From positions 116,122 through 180,121 of the forward strand of contig CAVVNB010000009.1 in the NCBI GenBank assembly GCA_963749375.1: a stretch of DNA of 64,000 nucleotides, read 5' to 3'. The notes beneath the pieces were generated by a model. It saw only the letters and a program-made list of their open reading frames with translations. It was not told the DNA's origin and did not search any database. Source of the DNA: an uncultured Actinomycetota bacterium (lineage in GTDB: Bacteria; Actinomycetota; Actinomycetes; Mycobacteriales; Mycobacteriaceae). The translations under genes were made by a program, and so were the position numbers. Numbering within the stretch: the stretch's first letter is position 1; each line of letters begins with the position of its first letter. This document shows positions 11,047-22,583 of this stretch, piece by piece.

Positions 11047-11119
11047 GTGCAACATCCGTAACACCAGTCACAGCGCGGCTCCCGGGAATCGGGCCGCTGA
11101 TCGCCTACTCTGCACAGCA

Positions 11120-12361
11120 ATGTTTCTCTCAGGGCCCGCCTTCCGCCGCGCGTCATGCCTGGCAGCGGCCGGTTTCATGCTGAGCACCCCCGCGCTGCTC
11201 GGCATGCCGGCCGCGTTCGCCGAGCCGGCCGTCGTCCATGATCTGTGCCCTTACAAAATCGCGACCCCGGCGGCGGTGGACTCGTCGGAGGTCCCGCAGG
11301 CCGGCGAGCCACCGTTGCCGCTGCCGGTGCCGCCATCGCCGATCGGCGGTAATGGACTGGGCGGCTGTGGCGTGGTCGCCGCCGCCGGCACCCCGCCAGT
11401 GCCGGGCGACGTCTCGGCCGAGGCCTGGGTGGTGGCCGACCTGGACAGTGGTGCGATTGTCGCCGCCCGCGACCCGCATGGCCGGCACCGACCGGCCAGC
11501 ATTATCAAGGTGCTCGTGGCGATGGCTTCACTGCGCGAGCTCAACCTCAACAAGACCGTCGACGGCACGCCTGAGGATGCCGCCGCGGAGGGCACCCGGG
11601 TCGGCGTTGCCCCGGGTGGCACCTACACCGTCAACCAGTTGCTGCACGGCCTGCTGATGCACTCCGGCAACGACGCCGCGCACTCGCTGGCGATGCAACT
11701 GGGCGGCATGCCGACCGCGCTGGACAAGATCAACGCGCTGGCGGCCAAACTCGGCGGCAAAGACACTCGCGCCGCGACACCGTCGGGTCTGGACGGGCCG
11801 GGCATGAGCACGTCGGCCTACGACATCGGGTTGTTCTACCGATATGCCTGGGAGAACTCGACTTTCGCCGACATCGTGCACACCGAGAAGTTCGACTTCC
11901 CCGGACACGCCGACAGCCCCGGCTACGAGCTGGAGAACGACAACCAGTTGCTCTACCACTACCCCGGCGCGCTCGGCGGTAAGACCGGCTACACCGACGA
12001 CGCCGGCCAGACGTTCGTCGGCGCCGCGAACCGGGATGGACGCCGGCTGATGGCGGTGTTGCTGCACGGCACCCGCGTGCCGATCGCGCCATGGCAGCAG
12101 GCCGCGCATTTGCTGGATTACGGATTCGCGACCGCACCGGGTACCCGGGTGGGAACACTGATCGAGCCCGACCCGTCGCTGATCACGCCAAAGCCCGCAG
12201 CCTCTGGCGACAATGGGGGCGGACTGGGCGCCAATGCGGCCGGGCTGATACCGGGCGCGGACGCGTTGCCGGTTAGGGTCGGTGTCGCGGTGATCGGTAC
12301 GGTCGTGGTGTTCGGCTTGATTATGGTGGCGCGTTCGATGAACCGACGGCCGCAGCACTAG
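11120..12361 (+). CDS. dacB1: D-alanyl-D-alanine carboxypeptidase
   Basis: ASIIK (SxxK), SGN and KTG motifs; signal peptide and C-terminal TM helix; TACTCT -10 upstream. Confidence 0.9.
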   Translation: MFLSGPAFRRASCLAAAGFMLSTPALLGMPAAFAEPAVVHDLCPYKIATPAAVDSSEVPQAGEPPLPLPVPPSPIGGNGLGGCGVVAAAGTPPVPGDVSAEAWVVADLDSGAIVAARDPHGRHRPASIIKVLVAMASLRELNLNKTVDGTPEDAAAEGTRVGVAPGGTYTVNQLLHGLLMHSGNDAAHSLAMQLGGMPTALDKINALAAKLGGKDTRAATPSGLDGPGMSTSAYDIGLFYRYAWENSTFADIVHTEKFDFPGHADSPGYELENDNQLLYHYPGALGGKTGYTDDAGQTFVGAANRDGRRLMAVLLHGTRVPIAPWQQAAHLLDYGFATAPGTRVGTLIEPDPSLITPKPAASGDNGGGLGANAAGLIPGADALPVRVGVAVIGTVVVFGLIMVARSMNRRPQH

Positions 12362-12400
12362 CAGCGACCGTGGACCGGGCGGCTACCCGGAGGGGAGATT

Positions 12401-13807
12401 GTGCGCCGCATCGGCGAGTCACTTCGGACACGACGGCGATTGCTGATCGCAGTCACTGCCGCGACCTTGGGCATCATCTGCGGCTACGACTTGTCCAACA
12501 TCGCCGGTGCTCTGCTGTTCATCACCAACGATTTCAGCCTGACGGTCCGTAAGCAGGAACTGCTGACGACAATGGTGGTGATCGGAGAGATCTGCGGCGC
12601 AGCTGAGCGGCGGATTCCTCGCCAATGCGATCGGACGCAAGCGGTCGATGATGCTGGTGGCCGGCGGTTATGCGGTGTTCTCACTGTTGGGCGCCGCAGC
12701 GGAGTCAATGCCGTGGCTGATGGCGGCGCGGATGTTGCTCGGCATGACGATCGGATTGTCCGCCACCGTGACTCCGGTGTACATCGCCGAATCGGCGCCG
12801 GCTCGCCTCCGGGGCTCGTTGCTGGTCACCTACCAGGTGGCGACCATTCTCGGGATCATCGGCGGCTATCTCTCCGCTTTCGTACTCGCCGATTCGGGCA
12901 GCTGGCGGTGGATGCTCGGGCTGGCGGCAGTGCCGGCGCTGCTGGTCCTGCCGCTGCTGGCCACGATGCCCGACACCGCGCGTTGGTATCTGTTCAAGGA
13001 CCGGGTCGACGACGCGCGCAAAGCGCTGCTTCGGGTGGAACCGAACCGCGACGTCGAGCAGGAACTCGCCGAGATCGCCGAAGCCATGCGACGAAGAGCG
13101 CGGCGGGTCATTCATCGAGATGCTGCGGCCGCCGTATCTACGCGCCACCATATTCGTCGTAGGACTCGGCTTCTTCGCCGAGCTGAGCGGGATCAACGGG
13201 ATCATCTATTACAGCCCGCTGCTGTTCCAGGCGATGGGATTCGAGGGCAATTTCTCGTTGCTCGTGCTGCCTGCGCTGGTCCAACTGTTTTCGCTGGCCG
13301 CCGTATTGGCCTCGCTGGTTCCTGGTCGACCGGATCGGCCGCCGGCCCATTCTGCTGTCCGGTATCGCGACAATGATTCTCGGCGACGGGGTGATGATCG
13401 CGGTATTTGCCGCCAAGTCCAGCGCCGTCTCGGGATTCGGATACGTCGGGCTGCTGATGTTCACGATGGGCTTCACCTTCGGCTTCGGCGCGCTGGTCTG
13501 GGTCTACGCCGGTGAGAGCTTCCCGGCGCACCTGCGGTCGCTGGGATCCAGTGCCATGCTCACCGCCAACCTGACGGCCAACGCGCTGATCGAGTCAGTC
13601 TTTCTGACGATGCTGAATACGCTTGGCGGTGCCGGAATGTTCACCATCTTCGCCCTGTTGGCGGTTGTCGGATTTGTCCTTGTGTACCGCTACGCCCCGG
13701 AGACAAAAGGCCGACAACTCGAAGACATCCGCCGCTTCTGGGAGAACAACGGCCACTGGCCCGACGAAACTCTTAGCGCGGCAACGGATGTACCGGCATG
13801 CCGCTGA
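12401..13807 (+). CDS. sugI: Sugar porter MFS transporter; three +1 frameshifts near 12602, 13089 and 13318
   Basis: Successive frames give GYD, PVYIAESAPARLRG, WRWMLG, GINGIIYYSP, GESFP, PETKG. Confidence 0.85.
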
Positions 13808-14940
13808 TCGCGGCCGGCACCGTCGTACTCGAGGAAGGCGTCTGCAGGCCGGGCTGGGTGCACACGTCGGGCACCACGATCGTGGGCTGCGGGGCGGGTC
13901 CGGCACCCCAAGCCCCCGATGTCGATCTGCCCGATGCAATGCTCGTCCCCGGTTTCGTCGACATTCATGTGCACGGCGGCGGGGGTGCCTCCTACACCAA
14001 CGGCGATCCCTCAGAGATCTTGCAAGCGGCTGGCTTTCACCGCGAGCACGGGACAACGACGACACTGGCCAGCTTGGTGACCACGGCGCCTGCCGATCTG
14101 CTGGCGGCGGTGCGCGGGCTCGCTGAGGCGACCCGCGATGGCGTCATCGCCGGTATTCATCTGGAGGGGCCGTGGCTCAGCACGGCGCACTGCGGGGCGC
14201 ACGACATAGCCCAGATGCGTGACGCGACACCCGCCGAGATCGATGCACTGCTGGCCACCGGCGACGGCGCGATCCGGATGGTCACCCTGGCACCCGAACG
14301 CCCCGGCGGCGACGACGCGATCACCCGCCTTGTCGATGCCGGAGTGGTTGTGGCGGTGGGACATACGCACGCAACCTACGAGCAGACCCGGCACGCGATC
14401 GACCTGGGCGCCACGGTCGGCACGCATCTGTTCAACGCGATGCGACCGCTACATCACCGCGAGCCGGGGCCCGCGCTCGCGCTGCTGGAGGATCCCCGAG
14501 TGACCGTGGAGTTGATCGCGGACGGTGTCCACGTCCACCCCGCGGTGATGTACGCGACGGTCCGGGCGGCCGGCGCCGACCGCGTCGCATTGGTCACCGA
14601 TGCCACCGCCGCCGCGGGTGCCGATGACGGCGAATATCAGCTGGGTTCGGTGCCGGTCGATGTTGTCGACCGGGTCGCGCGGGTGCGCGGCACATCGACG
14701 ATCGCCGGCAGCACCGCGACCATGGAGCAACTGTTCGGCACCGCAGCCGGCCTCGGCCCAGACCGCGATGCCGCCCTGATCGCGGCGGTGCACATGACAT
14801 CGACGGTCCCGGCACGGGCTCTCGGACTTGACGGGGCCGGCAGCTTGTGCGTCGACGGCAGCGCGAATCTTGTTGCGCTGGAGCGCGATTACCGGGCCAG
14901 CGCAGTCATGACGAACGGCAGCTGGTCGACCCGCCGGTGA
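13798..14940 (+). CDS. nagA: N-acetylglucosamine-6-phosphate deacetylase
   Basis: PGFVDIHVHG, IHLEGP, VGHT, THLFNAM, IADGVHVHP, IAGS. Confidence 0.94.
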   Translation: MPLIAAGTVVLEEGVCRPGWVHTSGTTIVGCGAGPAPQAPDVDLPDAMLVPGFVDIHVHGGGGASYTNGDPSEILQAAGFHREHGTTTTLASLVTTAPADLLAAVRGLAEATRDGVIAGIHLEGPWLSTAHCGAHDIAQMRDATPAEIDALLATGDGAIRMVTLAPERPGGDDAITRLVDAGVVVAVGHTHATYEQTRHAIDLGATVGTHLFNAMRPLHHREPGPALALLEDPRVTVELIADGVHVHPAVMYATVRAAGADRVALVTDATAAAGADDGEYQLGSVPVDVVDRVARVRGTSTIAGSTATMEQLFGTAAGLGPDRDAALIAAVHMTSTVPARALGLDGAGSLCVDGSANLVALERDYRASAVMTNGSWSTRR

Positions 14941-14974
14941 CATTTGCTAACGTCAGTCGGGTCAGCATCTGACA

Positions 14975-15017
14975 CCGGACGAGGCGCACCGTACCCGGCC
15001 AGCGACAAGACGGCGCG
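14975..15017 (+). ncRNA. Guanidine-III (ykkC-III) riboswitch
   Basis: CCGGACGAGGCGCACCGTACCCGGCCAGCGACAAGACGGCGCG closely matches the recalled ykkC-III pseudoknot and abuts the SD of an SMR gene. Confidence 0.9.
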
Positions 15018-15030
15018 GGAGAGGTGTGCG

Positions 15031-15345
15031 ATGACGTGGTTGATCTTGGTGGCGTCGGGTGTTCTCGAGGCCGTGTGGGCGACCGCGATGGATCGCTCCG
15101 ACGGGTTTTCTCGGCTGATCCCTTCGGTGATTTTCGGTGTGGCACTGCTGTTTTCGATGGCCGGGTTGGCGTTCGCGATGCGCACCCTGCCGACCGGGAC
15201 CAGTTACGCGGTCTGGGTCGGCATCGGCGCGGTGCTCACTGTCGGCTACGCGATGCTGACCGGCCAGGAGACTGCCTCGCCGGTCAAGCTGCTGCTGATC
15301 GCCGGTGTTGTCGGCTGCATCGCGGGCCTGAAGGTGGTGAGTTAG
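15031..15345 (+). CDS. gdx: SMR-family guanidinium exporter (Gdx/SugE)
   Basis: WLILVASGVLEAVWA and LPTGTSYAVWVGIG; 104 aa, four TM helices; riboswitch upstream. Confidence 0.88.
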   Translation: MTWLILVASGVLEAVWATAMDRSDGFSRLIPSVIFGVALLFSMAGLAFAMRTLPTGTSYAVWVGIGAVLTVGYAMLTGQETASPVKLLLIAGVVGCIAGLKVVS

Positions 15346-16085
15346 GTCGTCTTTGCCGGCAGGGTCTCCTCGGCTCGGCCGAACAACAGCGGATAGGCGA
15401 TCCCGGCGATTGCCCCGCCGATCAACGGTGCCAGCCAAAACACCCACAGCTGGGCCGGGGCGCCGTCGCCGTTGAAGAATGCGACCGCGGTCGAGCGGGC
15501 CGGGTTGACCGACGTGTTGGAGATCGGGATGGCCACCAGGTGGATGATCGTCAAAGTCAAGCCAATAGCCAAGCCGGCAAAGCCTTTCGGCGCGCGCTCG
15601 TCGGTCGAACCGAGGATGACGAACAGGAATACTGCGGTCAACACGATTTCGGCCAGGATGACCGCACCCAGCGAGTAACCGGTCGGCGAATGTACCCCGT
15701 AGCCGTTGGCGGCCAGGTGCCCCGTCGCGACGAAGCCGGGCTTGCCGAAGGCGATGTAGTACACCACCAGGGCACCCAGCAGACCACCGATCACCTGCAC
15801 GATCCAATATGCCGGTAGCACTTTCCATTCCACCCGGCGGGCCAGCGCCGCGCCCAGCGTCACGGCTGGATTGAAATGCCCGCCGGAGATGGTCCCGAAC
15901 GCGTACACACCGGTGAGGACGGTTAACCCGAACGCCAGTGCGACGCCGAGATAGCCGATACCGAGGGAGAACAGATCCGATTGGGCCTTCAGTGAAAAGA
16001 CCGCGCTCCCAACACCACCGAGCACCAACCAAAAGGTGCCGATAGTCTCCGCAGCCAGTTTGTGGAAGAGACTTGGTTCAGACAT
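15342..16085 (-). CDS. aqpZ: Aquaporin Z (MIP channel)
   Basis: ISGGHFNPAVT and NTSVNPARS. Confidence 0.93.
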   Translation of the reverse strand: MSEPSLFHKLAAETIGTFWLVLGGVGSAVFSLKAQSDLFSLGIGYLGVALAFGLTVLTGVYAFGTISGGHFNPAVTLGAALARRVEWKVLPAYWIVQVIGGLLGALVVYYIAFGKPGFVATGHLAANGYGVHSPTGYSLGAVILAEIVLTAVFLFVILGSTDERAPKGFAGLAIGLTLTIIHLVAIPISNTSVNPARSTAVAFFNGDGAPAQLWVFWLAPLIGGAIAGIAYPLLFGRAEETLPAKTT

Positions 16086-16214
16086 CGCCTACCCGCCTTT
16101 GCGTAGCGCAACTGTTCGTGTTCCTGAGGATGACACGCCCGGAGAAGGGCGCGCCCCGTCGAAGCCGAATCGTGTCGCTAAAGAGACACCCGCGATGTTG
16201 TGCGCCGGTTCGCG

Positions 16215-17259
16215 TCAGTCCGGTTTGCTGCGGCGAGCCAATCGGGAAAGGCCCAGTGCACCAATGGCGCCCACCACTGCCGCGGTCACCGCCTGCCGGG
16301 CGCTGAGGCCGTCGGTTGGCTGCGGCTTGGGCACGATGACGACGGGTTCGGGTTCGGGCTCGGGCGCCTCGGCCGGGGCCTCAGGCGGGTTCGCGGACGA
16401 CGTCGCCGCCCACGCCGTCGCGAAAAGCAGCAGCCGCGCCGTGACATACGCGAACACCATCAGGCCCAGCACCGGACCGAAGGTGGCGCCGGCCGGACTG
16501 TGCAGCACAGACTTCAGGTAGATGGACGCCACCAACTTGAACAGCTCGAAGCCGACGCGCCGCGAGCAGCGCCGCGCGGATCGCGCTGCGATAGTTGACC
16601 GGATCCCTCGGTAACCGCGCGATCATCCAGCCGAACACCAACCACGACAACAGAAATGACACCAAGACCGAGACCGAGCGAAGGATGCCGTCCAGCACCG
16701 GAAGGTCGTGCACACCCAGCAACCGCAACAGCCGGGCCATCGGCGCCGCACCGGCGAGCGCGCTGAGCGCGAGGGTGGCGAAAATCGCCACGAACGACGA
16801 CACCATCGCGCCCAGGTCGGAGAACTTGGTGTGGATGTACCCGTGCGATCCGTCGTTCTGCCGCCACAATTCGGTCAATGCCACCCGGAGATTGCTCATC
16901 CAGTTCAGGCCGACCCACACCGCGACGGCCAAGCCGATCACGCCGACCGAGGCGCGCGCGTCGATCGCCGAATTCATCAGGTCGAGCATCTGCTGTCCCA
17001 GGGCGCCGGGCACCGCGTGCCTGACCTTGTTGTCGATCGCGGTCAGCACGGCGGGCCGTCGGGACAGCAGAAATCCGGCGACGCTGAAACCGACCATCAG
17101 CAAGGGGAACAACGCGAAGATCGTGTAATACGTCAGCCCGGCCGCGAAGAAATTGCCCTGGCACTCATCGAACCAATCGTTGGCCCGCATCGCATGGTCG
17201 AACCAGGCGTACCGCGCCCGCAGTCGATCAAGGATCCCTGGCTTGGCCGGTTCGCTCAC
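16215..17259 (-). CDS. yhjD: YhjD/YihY (BrkB)-family inner membrane protein; +1 frameshift near 16557
   Basis: AAGLTYYTIFALFPLL, continuing as TFGPVLGLMVFAY in ORF 16215-16535; downstream of trpS. Confidence 0.85.
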
Positions 17260-17268
17260 GACAGCCGA

Positions 17269-18294
<1,026 letters not shown>

Positions 18295-18360
18295 TCAATC
18301 TTTTCACGTGGCCGCCGCCGCTTCTTGCGGTACCGGCGGTAACGCCTTTAGTGTCGCTGC

Positions 18361-19207
18361 ATGCCTACCCGCGCCCCCATCCATCTCGGCTCCGGCGAAC
18401 CCGTGCTGCTGCTGCATCCATTCCTGATCTCGCAGCTGGTCTGGAACGACGTCGCACAGCAACTGGCAGACACCGGCTCCTACGAAGTGTTCGCCCCGAC
18501 GATGGCAGGCCACAACGGCGGCCCGAAGTCCGGCACCTGGTTTCTGAGTTCGACGGTGCTGGCCGACCACGTCGAGCGCCAGCTCGATGAATTGGGCTGG
18601 GAGACGGCCCATATCGTCGGCAACTCGCTCGGCGGCTGGGTGGCGTTCGAGCTGGAACGCCGCGGACGGGCCCGTACCGTCACCGGCATCGCCCCCGCGG
18701 GCGGATGGACCCGCTGGACGCCGGCCAAGTTCGAGGTGGTCGCCAAGTTCGTCTCGGGGATGCCGTTCTGGGTGTTCGCTCGCCTCCTGGGCCCCCGCGC
18801 GCTGCGGCTGCCCTACACCCGCCAGCTGTCCACGCTGCCGATCAGCGGGACCCCCGATGGTGTCAGCGAAGAACAGCTGGCCGCGATCGTCGACGACGTC
18901 GCGCACTGCCCCGCCTACTTCCAGCTGCTGGCCAAAGCGCTCCTGCAGCCCGGATTGCTCGAGTTGGCGCAGACCGAAGTTCCCGCCCATCTTAGTGCTG
19001 TGCGGAAAAGACCGGGTGTTCCCCGCGCCCCGGTCGCACCGCTATTTCCAGGCCCAGCTGCCGGCCAGTACTCGGATCACCGAAATCGCCGGCGTCGGAC
19101 ACATCCCGATGTTCGAGGCACCGGGCCGAGTCACCGAGGTGATCGACTCCTTCCTGGCGGAGCACCGCCAGGACAGCCGCGCAGTCGAGGATCCGCCGGC
19201 CAGCTAG
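18361..19207 (+). CDS. Alpha/beta hydrolase (Rv3337/Rv3338-like); +1 frameshift near 18994
   Basis: GNSLGG nucleophile elbow; LCGKDRV...GHIPMFEAP follows in the next frame. Confidence 0.85.
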
Positions 19208-20694
19208 GCGGTCGCCGACACGACGTGCGGTCGCGCGGCGGGTGCGGTCCACCGGGCGAGCGCATCAAGCCATTGCGAGCAGTTGGCGGAGTCGCCGGCC
19301 CAGGCGATGTAACCGTCGGGCCGCACCAGCACTGCGGGCCCGGAGTCGGCCCGCTCCGCTTGATGCAGATCGGTCACGCCGGCCGCGGCCCGACCGCATT
19401 CACGGATCAACACGAAGCCGGGCTCGCGCTGCAAGTGCGTCAGCCAGTCGTGGATCAGCGGAATCTGCGTCGCGCGGCCACCCACCAAGTCGCTCTCGCC
19501 GGCCCGGTGCGGGTAGCACAGCGTGGTTCCGGCGAAGCTCCCCGCCACCGCGTCCCGCACTCGGGGTATCCGAAGAAGCCGCGGCGCCAGCAGGTTTCGT
19601 ATCCCGCGCGCGATCCGCGGACGAAGGGTGATGCCGCGCGCCATCATTCCGGATTGCCACAAGACCCGCCTGCCGATCGGGTGGCGCTCGGCCTGGTAGC
19701 TGTCCAACACGGCGTCGTCGGCCCCGGCCAGCGCCGCATCGAGTTTCCAGGCCAGGTTGGCGGCGTCTTGAATGCCGGTGTTCATGCCCTGGCCGCCCAT
19801 CGGCGAGTGCACGTGCGCCGCATCTCCCGCCAGGAAAATCCGGCCATGCCGATACTGCTCGACTTGCCTTTCGTCGCAATGGAATCGGGACTTCCAACTG
19901 ACCTCGAGCAGCCCGACATCGGCCTTCATCGCCCGGCCGAGGATCCGCGCGATTTCTTGCGCGCCCACCGGTTCGCTGTCGGACACCTGATGCCGGCGGT
20001 CCCACACCATCGCGCGGTACCAGCGACCGTCCCCCTCATGACGGTCGTACGGCGCCAAAAACGCGAACTCGTTGCGAGTACTGCCCAGCGTCAGTCCGCC
20101 GCCGGTCGGCCCGTGCGCCAGCTTGACGTCGGCCAGCACGATGGACGACAACACCGTCTTGCCAGGGAAGTCCACACCCAGCAGCGCGCGAACCGCGCTG
20201 TGGGCGCCGTCCGCGCCGATCAGATACTTTGCCCGCCAACGTGTCTGCGCACCGCCATCGTGCGGCCGGGTGGTCGCCGATACCCCGTCAGCATCCTGTT
20301 CGAGCCCAACCAGTTCGACACCACGACGGATGTCGGCCCCCTGCGCCATCGCGTAGGCGGCGATCGCCTGATCGACATTGGTCTGCGGGGTGATCATCGC
20401 GAATTGGTAGGGCGAATCGAGATGGGTCAAATCGACACGGGCGCCGGCGAAAATCGTTACGCCCGAGGCCTTGTGCGAACGCGCCAACAGATCGTCGGCG
20501 ATTCCACGGGCGTCCAGTACCTCCAGCGTGCGCGCCTGAGTGGCGAACGCGCGACTGGACGGGTTGACTGCCGGCCGGCGCTCCAACACTGCGACCGACC
20601 GGCCCGCCCGCGCCAGATCACCGGCCGCGGTCAAACCGGTCGGGCCGGCCCCGACCACCAGAACGTCAACGTGTTGTTCCGGGTGAACAGTCAT
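19204..20694 (-). CDS. FAD-dependent monooxygenase (aromatic hydroxylase class)
   Basis: GAGPTG, GADGAHS, LAGDAAHVHSPMGGQGMNTGIQDA, VRPDGYIAW. Confidence 0.92.
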   Translation of the reverse strand: MTVHPEQHVDVLVVGAGPTGLTAAGDLARAGRSVAVLERRPAVNPSSRAFATQARTLEVLDARGIADDLLARSHKASGVTIFAGARVDLTHLDSPYQFAMITPQTNVDQAIAAYAMAQGADIRRGVELVGLEQDADGVSATTRPHDGGAQTRWRAKYLIGADGAHSAVRALLGVDFPGKTVLSSIVLADVKLAHGPTGGGLTLGSTRNEFAFLAPYDRHEGDGRWYRAMVWDRRHQVSDSEPVGAQEIARILGRAMKADVGLLEVSWKSRFHCDERQVEQYRHGRIFLAGDAAHVHSPMGGQGMNTGIQDAANLAWKLDAALAGADDAVLDSYQAERHPIGRRVLWQSGMMARGITLRPRIARGIRNLLAPRLLRIPRVRDAVAGSFAGTTLCYPHRAGESDLVGGRATQIPLIHDWLTHLQREPGFVLIRECGRAAAGVTDLHQAERADSGPAVLVRPDGYIAWAGDSANCSQWLDALARWTAPAARPHVVSATA

Positions 20695-20807
20695 CAGGCC
20701 ACCGCCTCGGGGTTGGGGTTCGACAGGCCGGGAAACTGCGCGAAGTCGGCCGAGGAGTAATCGATCGGGTCCGGGTCGAGGCCGATTTGGATGGCGGTGA
20801 CGGTCAT
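20694..20807 (-). CDS. 37-aa small ORF MTVTAIQIGLDPDPIDYSSADFAQFPGLSNPNPEAVA; micro-protein or internally deleted gene
   Basis: SD GAGGT, ATG 20807; stop overlaps the monooxygenase start (TGATG); GC3-rich codons. Confidence 0.65.
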   Translation of the reverse strand: MTVTAIQIGLDPDPIDYSSADFAQFPGLSNPNPEAVA

Positions 20808-20845
20808 GGGCGTGACCTCTCGTCGGGGCGGTTCGCCAAGCTATG

Positions 20846-20903
20846 TCAACAAGTGTTGAACTCGACGTTAGGTCGTTCGGCCAACCATGTCAACAGTTGT
20901 TGA
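20846..20903. promoter_or_regulatory. Two palindromic operators, probably for the adjacent TetR
   Basis: TCAACAAGTGTTGA (20846-20859) and TCAACAGTTGTTGA (20890-20903) in the divergent promoter region. Confidence 0.75.
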
Positions 20904-20917
20904 ATACACTGACGCGC

Positions 20918-21484
20918 ATGCCACCGAAACCGCGGGAAGGACGCGACGGCCAGGCGACCCGGGCCGCGATCCTGGACACCGCGCGATCGCAGTTCGGCAG
21001 CCACGGCTTCGAGCGCACCACCATCCGCTCGGTCGCTTCGGCTGCCGGCGTCGATCCGGCGTTGGTCATGCACTATTTCGGCAGCAAAGCGGAATTGTTT
21101 GCGGCCGCTTCGCAATTCGAGATCAACTTTCCGGATCTATCGGACGTCGCGCCGGACCGGCTCGCAGATGTGTTGCTGCCGTTGTTCGTCGAGGCCTGGG
21201 GGCCGCGGGGCCCCCTGCTTCCACTGCTGCGGGCGGCCGCGACCAATCGGACCGCCGCCGACACCCTGCTGACGGTCTTCGTCAGCCAGGTGGCCCCCGC
21301 CCTCGCCGTCATCACGCCCGACCGCGCCCCCGAACGGGCGGCTCTGGTCGGCTCGCAGCTGCTCGGCCTCGCCGTGACCCGCTACATCCTCGGGGTGCCG
21401 CCGTTGATCGGGATGGCCGACGAACAGCTGATCGAATGGCTACGCCCGGTGCTTGCCCACTACCTGACGGACCCGGCGCCCTGA
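20918..21484 (+). CDS. TetR-family regulator
   Basis: GFERTTIRSVASAAGVDPALVMHYFGSKAELF; TACACT -10 lies 7 nt before the ATG. Confidence 0.92.
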   Translation: MPPKPREGRDGQATRAAILDTARSQFGSHGFERTTIRSVASAAGVDPALVMHYFGSKAELFAAASQFEINFPDLSDVAPDRLADVLLPLFVEAWGPRGPLLPLLRAAATNRTAADTLLTVFVSQVAPALAVITPDRAPERAALVGSQLLGLAVTRYILGVPPLIGMADEQLIEWLRPVLAHYLTDPAP

Positions 21485-22029
21485 CGCTGCCCGACGATCC
21501 CCAGCGCGCGCTCAGCCCACCGGACGTTCTCTTCTTCGTACGAGATTCCCCGCATCAACGTCAGATACGGTCCCACGCGCGGCGCGGTGGCCAGGAACTC
21601 CTCTTCGCTGCGGGCGTCCAAGATCCGGGCGCGCAGCCGTTCGTAGCGTTGCACTTTCGCTTTGGCCCGATCTCGGCGTTCGGTGATCAGGTCGCGAACA
21701 GCCGCGGTGTCGCCGACATCGAAGGCCTGGACTTTGATCATCAGCTCGTCGCGGATCGCCGACGGTTTCGGCGGCCGCGCGGTGAACTGCCTGATCGCTT
21801 CGTAACCCGCCTCGGTCAGCGAGAACATCCGCTTGTTGGGGCGGCGCTCCTGCTCAACGATGCGGGCCTGAATCAGGCCCTGTTCGGCAAGACGCTCGAG
21901 CTCGCGGTAAAGCTGCTGCGGCGTAGCCATCCAGAAGTTCGCGACCGACGCGTCGAAGTCTTTGGCCAGGTCATAGCCGGACGACTCACCCTCGAGAAGT
22001 GCGGCCAGCACGGCGTCGCGCAACGACAT
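21460..22029 (-). CDS. PadR-family regulator
   Basis: SGYDLAK, QLYRELERL, RPNKRMFSLTEAG. Confidence 0.92.
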   Translation of the reverse strand: MSLRDAVLAALLEGESSGYDLAKDFDASVANFWMATPQQLYRELERLAEQGLIQARIVEQERRPNKRMFSLTEAGYEAIRQFTARPPKPSAIRDELMIKVQAFDVGDTAAVRDLITERRDRAKAKVQRYERLRARILDARSEEEFLATAPRVGPYLTLMRGISYEEENVRWAERALGIVGQRQGAGSVR

Positions 22030-22050
22030 CCGGCGATCGTACCGCAGTAA

Positions 22051-22133
22051 TGGTCAACAAATTGATTATTCACCTATGGACATACCGAGCCCGAGGCTCT
22101 ACTGTCGAGCGCACCTAGTCAACAAATTGACCA
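22051..22133. promoter_or_regulatory. Two palindromic operators, probably for PadR
   Basis: TGGTCAACAAATTGATTA (22051-22068) and TAGTCAACAAATTGACCA (22116-22133). Confidence 0.75.
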
Positions 22134-22146
22134 TTCGAGGTGTTCG

Positions 22147-22563
22147 ATGCATCCCTTCCGCAAGGCAGTTGAAGACCGCGACGAAGCAGCAATCCAGGCC
22201 TTGCTCGCCGATGACGTCGTTTTCACCAGCCCGGTGGCCTTCAAGCCGTACGAGGGCAAGCCGATCACGGCGGCGATCCTGTGCGGCGTGCTGCGGGTCT
22301 TCGAGAACTTCCGCTACGTGCGCGAGATCCACGACGGCGACACCCACGCGCTGGAATTCGAGACCGGCATCGTGGGCGCCCCCAGCGTGACGGTCAACGG
22401 CTGCGACTTCATCCACGTCAATGCCGACGGTCTGATCGATGACTTTAAGGTGATGGTGCGGCCGCTCTCCGGTGCAAAGGCGTTGTCCGAAGCGATGGCC
22501 GAACAATTTCCGAGAATCCAGCAGGAAGCCGTCGAACTGGCCGACCAGTTCGCCCGGGCCTAG
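22147..22563 (+). CDS. NTF2/SnoaL-like protein
   Basis: LADDVVFTSPVAFKPYEG...FKVMVRPLS. Confidence 0.85.
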   Translation: MHPFRKAVEDRDEAAIQALLADDVVFTSPVAFKPYEGKPITAAILCGVLRVFENFRYVREIHDGDTHALEFETGIVGAPSVTVNGCDFIHVNADGLIDDFKVMVRPLSGAKALSEAMAEQFPRIQQEAVELADQFARA

Positions 22564-22583
22564 AACACAGGGAGCAGCCAGGC

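Noticed and set aside
18361-20760. 799-aa hydrolase fusion ORF
   Set aside because: Produced by the +1 frameshift running antisense through the monooxygenase.
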